Assembly: GCA_000708835.1 (NCBI GenBank)
Contig: DF236963.1
Location: 62,001 to 126,000 of the forward strand
Length of the DNA: 64,000 nucleotides
Direction of reading: 5' to 3'
Source of the DNA: Klebsormidium nitens
Taxonomy: Eukaryota > Plantae > Klebsormidiophyceae
Shown: positions 49,401-61,100 of the stretch, in pieces
Layout of the letters: each line of letters opens with the position of its first letter
Position numbering within the stretch: position 1 is the first letter of the stretch
Translations under genes and position numbers: made by a program
The notes under the pieces: generated by a model
Seen by the model: only the letters and a program-made list of their open reading frames with translations
Database searches by the model: none
What the model was told of the DNA's origin: nothing

Positions 49401-52400
49401 ATCCTGTTGATGTTTTCCCTACTTTCCCGTGTCGAGCCGGGACATTGTCGATCCAAATTGTGTCCACCTTTTGCCTGCTCCCTACTACAGTTTCCGGGTG
49501 TCGACAGCCGCACAAGCAGTCGAAACGGAGAGGCTTTCTCGAGAACTGTCCGAACAGGCAGCCTCGCTCGCAAAGCTATCCGGCGGAACCCAACGGCTGA
49601 CATCGCTAGAGGCCGCTGTTGAGGGCGTCAACGGGAGCATCCAACGGCTCTCGTCGCTCGAGACCTTCGTGGAGAAGCTTGGCGGGAGCATCCAACGGCT
49701 GCCGTCGCGCGAAGATGCGATTGGACGGACGACGGCGCGGATCGAGCAGCTGGTGGCAGCGTGTGGGAAAGAGAGTGGAGCTCCGACAGCGAAGCAAGAG
49801 AAGGTACGCGGGCTGTTCTTGTCGCTTCCCGTGGTTTCTGGCTGACTTTGTGACATGATTCTGGTCTCAAATATCCCCCTTTTTTCCACGGCATTTCGCG
49901 TCTGATGGCGAGTGCGAGAAGACGACCGTGGTGCCGCCTCTCAGTGTTCGCAGCTATTCGAACTTATCGGTACAAGCCTCTCCGATTACGTTCGCCCAAT
50001 TGAAGCATCTAGATGACCTGCTTCATGTGGCCGGAACCCACTTCCCACCAGAACGGTGTTAAAACGGACTTCCAAAAGACGAGGAAACAGCGCAGATTTA
50101 TATGTGCAACATGCATACGCTGATAAGCGCTTCAACAGCCACGGTCTCCAAGGAAAAGTATCCGTCTACCGCCCGACTCAACCAAACGCCTGCCGCTACT
50201 ACGCTAACACGCGAAGACGCCGTTTTGTGCCAGTGCGTCCCTTTTTCGTGCAAGCACATTTCGTGCAACCGCATTACCATGGTGTTACTCTCCGCCCAGT
50301 GTCGCCAGAATGCCTTCGCTCAGGACGCACAGCGGGAGTTGCTGAGTTTGTCCCCCTCTTCTCGGATTCCCCTCCTTTTTCTGCGTTTCTCCTTTCTCGT
50401 ACTTGCTTTTGTTCATACATCTAGTGTCTGGCAATGATCCCGGAATAAAACTCATTGTTGTGACTTGCAGAATGCCGCCACTCTGCGCGAGCACGCCGGC
50501 GTTCTTGCCCAACTCCAGGCACGGGTCGATGACGTCAGCACCCTCGTCCTGAACGGGACACGTGGCGGGCATCCGGACGTCCGTCGCAGCGCGCCGCCGC
50601 CGTCCGGTCTTTTGGCTCGTCCGGAGGTTGACGAGAAGCACGCGGTTGAGAAGCGGGTGGTTGGAGGAGTAGGGGGACACATAAGCGCTGGTCAGAACAG
50701 GATTTACGACAATTTGGAAAGCTTGCAAAGGTCGAAAATCAACGGGAATTTGGGTAATGAGAGTCCGATGTTCCAAGGAGTAACGGCGAAAGAGGCGGAA
50801 GATGTGGCGGGTTTGGAAGGGTTCGGACAGCTGACTAGGCCGAGCTTAGGATCGGATTCGGAGGATCGGACACCTCTGGAAACTTCGAGTAGCCGAAGCC
50901 CTCGGTCTTCGCCCAGACTCCGGGCATCCACAACAGCTCACGTGCGTTTCGGAGATTCGTTCGAATCTTTCGAGAAGCCTTTGAACGCCAAAGCCGGTAT
51001 GAGTGGACGTGTGAAGCAAAAGTCAGAAAGCCTTTCTGAGGACGAGTGTTTTGCGGGGTCCCTTTGGGCGGTGACGCAAGCAGACGCGCCTTCAGGGTCG
51101 CTGCGTCCGCCAGAGATCGGCTCGTCGAAGGGCGCCAGCCTTGCTTCCATAATGCACAGATTCGAGGCGGATAAGATGCTGCTGACGGAAGAACGGTTGC
51201 AAAGCGGCGCCGGAACGGGACACGTGGACGCGAACGGAGGCAATTGGGGGTTGGCGGGAAAGGATGAGGGGTCCGCTTACGCGCGAGCGCTCGCCAAAAC
51301 GGAGGAACGGAAACGGAGACTGGATAAGGTGACGCGCTGATCCCCCCGGCAAATGCATGACGCGTTCATTTCCAACGTTGCGTGTTACTGGCCCTTTCAC
51401 CTTGCTCGTATGGGTGAAAGGGCTTCCAACCAAGCTTCGACCAGGTATCGTTGATAAAATCTTTTCCGTGTGTGGTTTTCGCTGCGCAGTCGGGCTGTGG
51501 ATTACTCGCAGGAAGGCCTGGCCGCAAGAATCCGCTCTGAGTAAACGTTTAAGGTTTGCTCCTTTCATCAAGTGTAGCAGCGGATCCAAAGACTCTTCTT
51601 TTGCTGCCGTATTTGGACACCTTTGGAAAAGAGCCGCCCACCTGTGTTCTTTGCAAGGTTTTGCGACGCTTGAACCGTTATTGCGCAATTGACCCTTTCT
51701 GACTTGAGCCTCTTCCTTGCGTATGCAGTTATACCGGAAACTGGCGAGTACTCCTGTACCCTGCTCGTAGAATTACAACGTACACGGGCTGATATATCAC
51801 GAACTCTGGACGCGGAATCGGATCTGCGATTTGCAACTCGGTCCATCTCTATATTCTTGAAGTACTCTTTCCATCAGAATCTGACTAGCATTATGTACTT
51901 GTCTTCACAATTGGATTGTCGCCATGTATGCTCTACCGGTGACTTCGATTCTCGCAGAGTCCAGCAGCCGTAATAATCGGGGCGGCAGAAGTCACTCTCA
52001 TTTCGATGCAAATCAAATGATATCGACATGCTGCTATGCTGAAATAAAAGCAGTCGTCAGACACGCATAAGGGGCAGGTGCCCCACCGAGACGCCATGCG
52101 GCCGGGGGAGAGATGAGACGAAGCGCTACTTTCAGTGTCCTATTAGTACGGATATATATTATAAAAAAGGATGTCTCGAATTGGTTTTTTATAAAGAAAG
52201 CAATCGCAGGCTAGAGCAATTCTAAAAGATGAGGCTTTCCATGCCGTGGCAATCCGACCTTTGCCTCGGGTCTCAATGATACCTGTGAGTTGTAGACACG
52301 CGCGACCCTGACTGGAGCTTCTCTTCGTAACTGTTCCACCAGAGAGTCGGTACCTGATTCTCATAAGCCATGGTGCTTCCAGAGCAATCTTGAGCGTCGA

Positions 52401-52769
52401 TGCAAATCAACTTAGGATGCACGACCTTGCAAGTGCCCTGTCAGGTTCACGTCGATAAATCGACGAAGCAGATGAGAGTGTTACTGTCTCAATCATCTCT
52501 CTTGGTCTCTGGATTTTCAGGAGAATGAGGCTGACCCGAAGCAGGAAAAAGAGTCTGACACTCAAGCTCCAAAGATCCCGTTCCACGTGTATGCCAGGCG
52601 GGAGCTTGCTAAGTCCGCATGTGTTCGTCTTTGTAGAACCCGGAGCGCCTCAATGTCAATGACAATGGGCCTGCTGCAAGAACCTGCTCGAAGCATTGGA
52701 TCACGGGCTGTTTCGACGTCTTTGATCTGGAAGAGGTTCTCCTTCGCAAACTTCTCAAGGTGTCTTTGA
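46457..52769 (+). CDS. Hypothetical long coiled-coil protein
   Basis: Phase-compatible exons are 47171-47374, 47879-48837, 49491-49803 and 50471-51328. First (46457-46468, MAKK) and last (52521-52769) exons are tentative. The protein has heptad-like E/R/L-rich segments and three 17-aa repeats. No family recognised. Confidence 0.5.
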
Positions 52770-55146
52770 TACTGTTCGAGCCCTTCGGCCTATTACCTGT
52801 CTGGTGGATGTTTGACTTGTCGTCGACTCCGCAGGACATTTTGGTGTAAGCAGCCCGACAAAAGGAGTTGAAAGTTTGATACAAGCAGGTTCCTGGGTCG
52901 CACCCAATGTCAAATGGAGAATGGTAACCAAAGCGGAAGAACCCTGTCGACTCGGTGCACTCGAGCGTGCATCAGACTTGGGACGAAGAGATGAAAATCG
53001 AGCGTTGCTTAGAGGGGTCCCTATTTCCTGGCGGCAATGCACGAGTCTGGGCTTCGCTAGCACGCAGAGAGCTGGAAGTAAGAGTGAAGCCGCGACTTGA
53101 ACAACTTGTTGACTTTTGCTCGACTCGAAGTAGGGGCCAGCTTACTGCTGAGAAAATCCGGAAAACTCAAAATTGTGGGAGTACAGCAAAGGCAGTGCGG
53201 CGTGCCTCTATGCTGCATGGCTATTGGAGAGCGCCTTCCTTATGTTATTATGAGCATCAAAGTTGTCACCCTGGCAAAATGGCATCTGGCCGCCGCCCAT
53301 CGCGGTTGTTCGACTCTGCATACTTACTGAATGTTGCATGAGCCTGCGGCCGTTACTGGTTTTGTGCTGTCGACGTTCTGAGCATTTTGATTGCACGGTC
53401 TGATTGCTGTATCGTTCAACAAAAAAATGCGTGCTAATTCCGTTGCGCTGCTGGAATTTACGTGGAACTAATATCTGCTTTCCGGTCGAGCGCAAGAGTT
53501 TAATATGAGCGTCTGGTTACGAGCTGTTTGCAGTCCCCTACGTGCTGAGGTCCAGGGAGCTTGTTCTCGGAACCTCCTATTTTGGATGAACTTACCTGCG
53601 CATTACAAGGCAAAAAAACTCACCCGCGAAAAGGTCAAAAACTGGGGGAAACCGGTCAGAACGCTTCCAAGCCATCAACCGCCGGCGGAATGAGCCGGCG
53701 GGACGTTCATCAGGCAGTGGCCTCTCCCGACTGGTCGGGGGAAGCCACGCAGGTATTCGCGCTCAGGCATGGAAGGCTTATCTCACCATCCCGGTTGAGG
53801 AGTTTGTCAGTGTTGGAGAACACAGACAGGGTGTACGAACTATAGAACAGATCCTGTTCAAGTACAGTCGTGCTAGTCAGGGAGGAATCCGGATTTATAA
53901 ATGGTCTCGTAGCAATTTTGGCTCACTGTGGGCGGACGAATACCTGTAAGCCGTCGGATGAGTCGATCGACGGTGCTCCAGGCCGCCGGGGAAGTTGAAA
54001 CACTGACCGTCACTTGCGCGGCCCCGACTGCGACTTACCGTATTGACAAACCGTCGTCCCGCCGCCGGAGTGGGCCGACGCCGGACTCAAGTTCGTCGTA
54101 CCAGCGCGCAGCGCAGTCATGCATATAGGGGGTAGCGCAATTTACCTGTACGTACGGCATTACAGTACAGCAACATCCTTTCTCACGCTTCGGTGGTTCA
54201 TCGCTCAAACGTTTTCATGTATGAATCCAGCAGCGCACCCGGGGTGCAATATAGCTAGTCACTCCATATATGCAGGCGGTTGCATGGCCGTACATAGAAA
54301 ATTGCGCCGTACCAAAACTTGTTTACTAAGCTTGCTTGCACTAGCGAGTGGCATCAAATGTCTCTTATCGACACGTGCACAACGCATGCTGCACAACGTC
54401 ACACATGCATACTAACAGCTGGCCTCCCAGCCATGCGGTAGGGTACTCAATAGTACCTGAATCCGGCCTTACATGCAAGAGAACGACACCCCTTGTGGAA
54501 ATTCTCAGATAGATGTTTTGAGTCACTTGTGTCGGAAACCTGATGTTTACAGATCTTCATACTTGTATACGTGGCGTATGCACAAATGCCCTTAATTCAC
54601 AATTGTGACGTGCCGAAACTTTTCCCATTGATTATAGAAGCATATGATCTGAGATTGCACAGGCTTCCGTTCCGTTTTGCGCGGAGATTATCATGGAAAT
54701 ATACCAATCTAGTTTCGATTTGCTGCTGCAGCAGCAAGCCTGCATGCATGCCAGATGCATACGACTACGCAAAGACGACGGCCTGAATCCCGCCGAATGC
54801 ATGTGGCTGCACAGGCTTAATAAATGAAGCATGACTTGTTTCTTGGTTCCACATGCCGTCGTGAGGGACATTTACGGCTATAACACCGAAGCAGACGTGC
54901 TTGAGTCGTACATCAGAACTTTTCTTGAGCAGACCGGACTATACTCTACCGAAACCTAGTCACTATACCTGGATACGGACTCGAAAACTTCGCCGCTAAA
55001 ATAATGGGGGCTTAAGCATAATACCTTCAGCCTGTTCTCAACGATACCTAGTCGAAACGAAGATATGCGATCAAACCTCATGCCGCAAACAATTGCTGAT
55101 CGTAAAAGACGGGCTAGCAAGCTAACGAAGCAAAGGAGCCTAGTCG

Positions 55147-58100
55147 TCATTTCTGTCCTGCTATTACAGCCTTGCGATATAGCGCGAGGTACTCCTCTGA
55201 GGGCCCGTCCCAACCCCAGTCCATCCGCATCGCCTTCTGCACGAGCTTTTGCCAGAATTCGGGCTGCTCCCAGTAGTAGTCGAAGGCACGGTCCAACGCA
55301 TAGTTGAGACCCTGTAGGAAACCACAATGTGCTCAAGCATACAATGCAGAGGCCGAGAAGGTTAATCAAGCAAGTCTGGAGCCGCGTTGCTGCAATTTGC
55401 GGTGCCTTTCTGAAAAGCACAAAAATATGCGTATCCTTACTGTGGCAGAAGAGAGAACCACCAACACGAGAATCATGTCTTTGAAAGGTAGTCGGGCAGG
55501 CCGCCAAACTTTGACACAACAGACCGACTCAATTGCACAAACCTTGCACGAGTGCTTTTTTCCGCACGTTGCAACACGGCGCCAGAAGGCGGCCCTTCTG
55601 GCTCAAAGCTTTGCGAAAAGAAGTTCCACTTAATATCTCGTCACATAAGCACGTGTCTTCTCGTTGAATCACTTTCCAAGTCAAGAGGACGTCTGCTTCC
55701 TCGCAGGAAGGTCCAATCGTCGGGTAAGACAGACGTAGACATGCCTCTGAAGTCAATTGGTCGAACCATTCCTTTTGGTTTCTAAAGAGCTGAGATATCG
55801 AGCGACAGAGGTTGGTACCACGTACCGCCTCATCGGTGGCGGTGAAGCAGAAGCCGTTCTTCTTGTGCTCCGCCACAGTCCCATCGTCGACGTCAAACAC
55901 GCTGCTCACAAGAGAGGGGCGCGTAAGAACTCTGAAAGGTCTGCTTAGTCCATGTGAAAGGGCGTCAGTGCTCGGAAGAAGCTCGCTCAGAAAGTGTTCA
56001 TAAGCAAAGACAGAGTCAGTGAGCTGATTCAGCCTGCTTCGCACAGATTACGGTGGCGACAGGGGCGGGCGAAAGATTGTGAACACGGGGGCGAGTGTCG
56101 ATTGAGAGTCGTCCTCGGGAAATTTGTGACTTCTCGAGCACGGAGAAAAGGGATTACTTCGTAGATCCAGGGCTATGCAAGAGGCTCCACTTGGAACCGT
56201 CACGTTTCGTCTTGGATCCTGATGCGAGATGCCTTTCTGTCCTTGAGAGAGCTTTTGTTAAGGTTGGGAACGAAAGGGTCTGATGAGGTTTGGATGACTA
56301 AGCACTTGGTGCTTTGCTCCGCTCACCTGTCGTTCAGGCCGCCAGTTTTCCGGGCAATAGGGATGGCCCCGTACCGCATAGCAATGAGCTGCGTGAGAGA
56401 AGACACCGTGAGGTTTCCGGTACGGGAGAAGCGAAGGAACACGCATCATGCACGGACCATGTTCAGTAGAACAGCACAAACCTACTGGGCTTTCGTTGAC
56501 AGGTTGTCAGAAACGGCTGCCGTTATACACCGGGGACGAGAAAAAGAGAGCTTCAGAAGTAGATTGAGAAAAGCAAATCCACTGTCAGATTCCAGACCCT
56601 TTACACGAGCCCGCATTTCACAAGCAGCGCCCATTTTGTCCGCACCAGCTTGCATCGTGGAAGACCAGAGAGCTCGGCTGCGGATAGAGTCCGAGCAGCT
56701 CAGCTGCAACAATCCTCTGAACCTAGTAAACTAACGCCAACCTTCCGTTGACACCACCCCGCAGCATGCATTCAAGGGCCATTCTGTGCTGCGCAAAGTT
56801 GTGTAAGAGCGCAGAACGCGGATGCATAAGGGTTCGGACGTAAGTTGCATCAGCGAACCCTTCGACAGACTCTCCTGCACGTACTAACAGGGCAGTCTGC
56901 GGGAACGTACCCGTGTTTAGCCTCAGGGTTCGATTAGAGATGGGTTTTGACCAAGGAGCTGATCAGCCGGATTTTTTGACACACGCTGCGGAATGTACGA
57001 AACAGGCCAGTCTGCACGGACTCAATTACAGAGCGCAGGGCTCGATTACAGACGGGTTTTACCCGAGGAGAGGAGCTGACGAGCCGACCTTTTGACAGAC
57101 TTTGCTGAACAGCCAGACCGTGGGGACGTACCTGTGTTAAGCCGCAGGGCTCGAACATGGAGGGAATGACGAACATGTCGGAGGCGGAGTAGATCATGTG
57201 CGACAGCGCCTCGTCGTACTTGAGCACCAGCCGCACGTGCGGGCTGCGGTCGAAGTGCCGCGCGATACCCTCGAAGTCGCGCTGCGAAATTCGAGTTCCA
57301 AGGTTCGGGAGCAATTTGACCTCAGTTCTCTAAGGACAAGTGCTCGAAAGGTCCTGCTGGAAGGCACGATGCTTCAAACCTGTGCTGCCTGGGGCCGTAG
57401 ACAAGCTTCCAACCTAGGTGAAGATCAGGGGTTGTTTTCGTCGGATCTGGGGGCAATTCCTAGAAAGCTCAAGATTCCGAGCAGCTGGGCTGCGTAGAGG
57501 ATATCGGATTTTGTTTCTGATTTCTGGGCTTCAGTTTCCTTTCTAACCTTGCTTTGAAAGGATCTTAGAGTCACGTAAAGACGACTCTCCTATAGCATTC
57601 CTGAATTTTGAGTGGTGCAACGCTTTTCACCCGGAAGTGCAGGGGATCCAGGTATCAGAAGCGAGGTGCCCTAGTATCCATGAATGCGAGTTGCATAAGC
57701 CAACTGGGCAGCCGCAAAGACTCTTCTGCGCCGCCCAAGTGCGTCGACGAATATTTCTATTTCTCGGGACGACAAGCTCATGTACGTCCACAACACCAGA
57801 AGTACTGTCTTCCCGAACGTCGCTGGCACTGCTGACTTCCTAGGCGCATATTGTTTCCGGCACGGGGTTGTTACCGAAACAGACCGGTGGCCGGTTTCTA
57901 GGCGCCTCCGAAGTGCACTTGGGCACGGGGCTGGTCACCGGGCACGGTGTGCCTGCCGGCTCACCTGTATACTGGGCACGGGGCTGTTCCCCAGGAGGAT
58001 GAACTGGCCGCCCATCTCGAGCGTTCGGTAGATGGCGTGCCGGATGAGGTGCACCCCTTTCTGGGGCACTAGCCGGGTCACGCAGCCAACCTGGGAACAA

Positions 58101-61100
58101 TGAAGGAATTCCGTATGAAGCTAGTTGGTCTCAGGAGGTAGAAATGTCCCAGGGTTTTGCGGAGCTCAAAACGCCACAGGTTTCGGTTAAGTGGGTTCTA
58201 AGTCACAACCCCAACAGCGGGTTATGCCTTGCAGAGGATGAGTAAAAGGGAGGAAGAAGAAATGCAGGATCAACGGTTAGATTGCAACACCTTGGTTTCT
58301 AGGGATCTTGTGACGGCAGCAAATGAACCGGAGAACAACCAATGGACAGTGACGTCCATTGGTGCAAAGCTCTGGGAGATCATCAAGTAGACATTCTTCC
58401 CCCACAATCATGATCCAACATGCCTACCCCCCAGGCTTCATATTACGACGCACTTTTCATCCCAATCCGCCCAACGCTGGCCCCGTCTAAACCATTTTTA
58501 AACCTTGCGGGGCCCAACTACCCGGGGCCCCTAAAATCCATTCTCAACCCCGCTTCACCCCAGCCTAGAATGACTCCAACCCCCACAAACCCAGCCTTAA
58601 ACCGCTTCACCCCCGCCCGAAATCCTTACCAGCGGCCGCCCCTCGTCGTCGCCTTCCGTGCTCAGCCCCAGCTTCTGGCGCAGTGCGTACTTGTTTGCAT
58701 ATTTGCTGTCCACGTTCTCTGCACTATATTGAAACTCGAGCAGGGGGTCGGTAGCCGGGTCCCAGGCGTCGTTGTCAATGCCGTTGAGCACGCCCGAGAA
58801 CTTGGCGCGGTGCTGGAGGAGGGTCGGGTGGAGGCCCCGGCCGCCCTGGCGGAAAACGAAGTTTCGTTAAACGACCATAACACCATCGGGATTAGATTCA
58901 TCAACGCCCCGGATTCAAACGAAGCCGACCAGACTTATCAGTGGGGGGGCATGCGCTCACACAAAGATAAGTACGCCCGAGAACTTGGCGCGGTGCTGGA
59001 GAAGGGTCGGGTGGAGGCCCCGACCACCCTGGGGGAAGAGCACAATCTCATTAAGAATGGACAATATCTGGACAGCTTCTTGTCCATTTAGAGAGATGAA
59101 AGATGAGACAGATGAGAGCATCGAGCACGCCCGAGAACTTGGCGCGGTGGAGATGTTATGTTAGAAACCTGATATGTTATGCTAAATATCTTCGCTTTAT
59201 TTCGTGGGGAGGGAAATCAGCACGCCCAAACAATCTGGCACTGTGTTCCCGGGTGGACGCCCTGAAGGAAGCGGCAGCTTCGTTAAGCGAAAAAACAATC
59301 TTTCGAGATTTACCTTCATTAACGTGCCGAAGCGAAACAAAACGCTCCAGATTCCTGTGCGGTAACCGCACTCGCTTACAGAAAGATGAGCAAGCTCGGA
59401 GACTAAGATCTGTGCTGAAGGAGGGCCGGTAGAGGCCCCAGCTAAGAAAAACTTCCATCAATCGATATAACAAATTGTTTGTATCATTTCCCATCCAGGA
59501 AATGATCATGACGCCCAGAGATGTGGCACTGCCCGAAAAGGGTCAGGTGGACCTGGCCGCCGTGAGGGTAAAAGTTCCGTCCAGAGACTGACGCTTTGCA
59601 CGATTTTTGCTTCTTCTTTACAAGATCAGGGCAGCAGCAGCAAAGCGACGGACAGTATGCCTCGCCCGCAGACAAAAGGACTGACCGGTGTACAATCGCG
59701 TCGCACCCTTTGCAGCTGACCGGTGCTTGTCAATAGTCTGAAGCGGTTTCCAATCAGCTTCAGTCGTAGCCCTTCCTCCAAAGCGGTACCGAAACAATGG
59801 CAAACAAGCCAGCCCCATTGCTTCTTAGTGTAAGGACGGGATTTGTGCGAACCTCCGGCACCAGTACCTCCTGCGATTACGTCGGCGACCTTTGCAACGA
59901 ACCAAATCTTTCACCGACCGGTTAAGGACCGCGTCCGATCTTAGCACCTCCCCCGAAACGGCGGCAAAAGCACCCCCCTAGAACGCGTTTCCCCCTCACC
60001 TCCGGCCCGAGCACCTCCCGCGAGTACGTCGGCGAGACCGTCGTGACCACGTTCGAGAATACGATGCCCCCCTTGAGCAGGTTAATCCGGTCCAGCATGA
60101 AGTTGTCCTGCATCCGGTCCGGCCGGTAATATTCCCGCCAGTCGAGTCCGGCGGACGACAAAGCGGCGGGGGCGTCGGTTCCCTGGTACTCGAAATTGTG
60201 ACACGTGAAGGCGACCTGGGTGGTGTCCATGCCCCGGGGGGCGTATACGTCCCAAAACAGGGGGGCCTGCAGACCGGGGAAATGACACAGGGTTTGAGAG
60301 GAGGAGGGAAGGAGAGGAGATTTCGAGCTCTTGAGGGGCGACTCTTGAGTCCTGGCGCTCAGAAGTTGTGGCACGTGAAGGCGGCCTGGGTGGTGTCCGT
60401 ACTGCGTGGGACGTACACGTCCCAGAAGAGGGGGGGCCCGCAGACCGGGGGAATGACACCGAATTTGAGAGGAGAAGGGGGTGAGAGGAGTTGCTGTGCT
60501 TCTGAGGGGCGTCGAAATCGCGACACATGAAAGCGAACTGGATGGTATTCTGTCCCCGGGGGGGCGCACATGTCCCAGAACGAGGCCCCCTGCAGACTGG
60601 CAGGACAAACCGCGATTGCGGGAAGAAAGGAGGAGAGAGGACGTTGTGCTTTTGAGATGGGATGTGGGTGACGTCTGAGCGGTGGCGCTCGGGAGAGGAC
60701 GGTAGGGGGCGACATGACGATGAAATGTAAAGTGTAAGACAGGGGGGCATGCAGACCTGGAAATGACATGCGGTTGCAGGAGGAGAAACGGGTTTTCCCC
60801 TTGCACCCCCCCACCCCCGACACGCGAGGATGGGGGGGTTCACCTTTCCCCCCTGCACCCTCTGGATTGTCGCCCCCATTTCGTTGATGGCGCTTAGGAA
60901 GGAAGGCATCAGACGACTGAAAGATGAAGCACGAAGTGTTCGAACCGGGGGGCCTTGGAGAATGGGAAGTACCTCAAGTCGCAGAAACGGCAATCTCCTC
61001 GAACTGGGAGGTTAACCAAGAATGGCCCGACACATGAGCTTGAGGTGCAGAGAAAGGGCGAGCTTCTGAGGAGGGGAATTGTTCGCCATTCCGGGCAGAA

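Noticed and set aside
55529-56044. 171-aa ORF as a transposon or orphan gene
   Set aside because: It contains the 76-nt SS4 exon 55826-55901 (SVFDVDDG...NGFCF) flanked by intron.
59922-60993. Long ORFs 59922-60806 and 60082-60993 as separate genes
   Set aside because: They are composites of the SS4 exon, its intronic copies and intron read-through.
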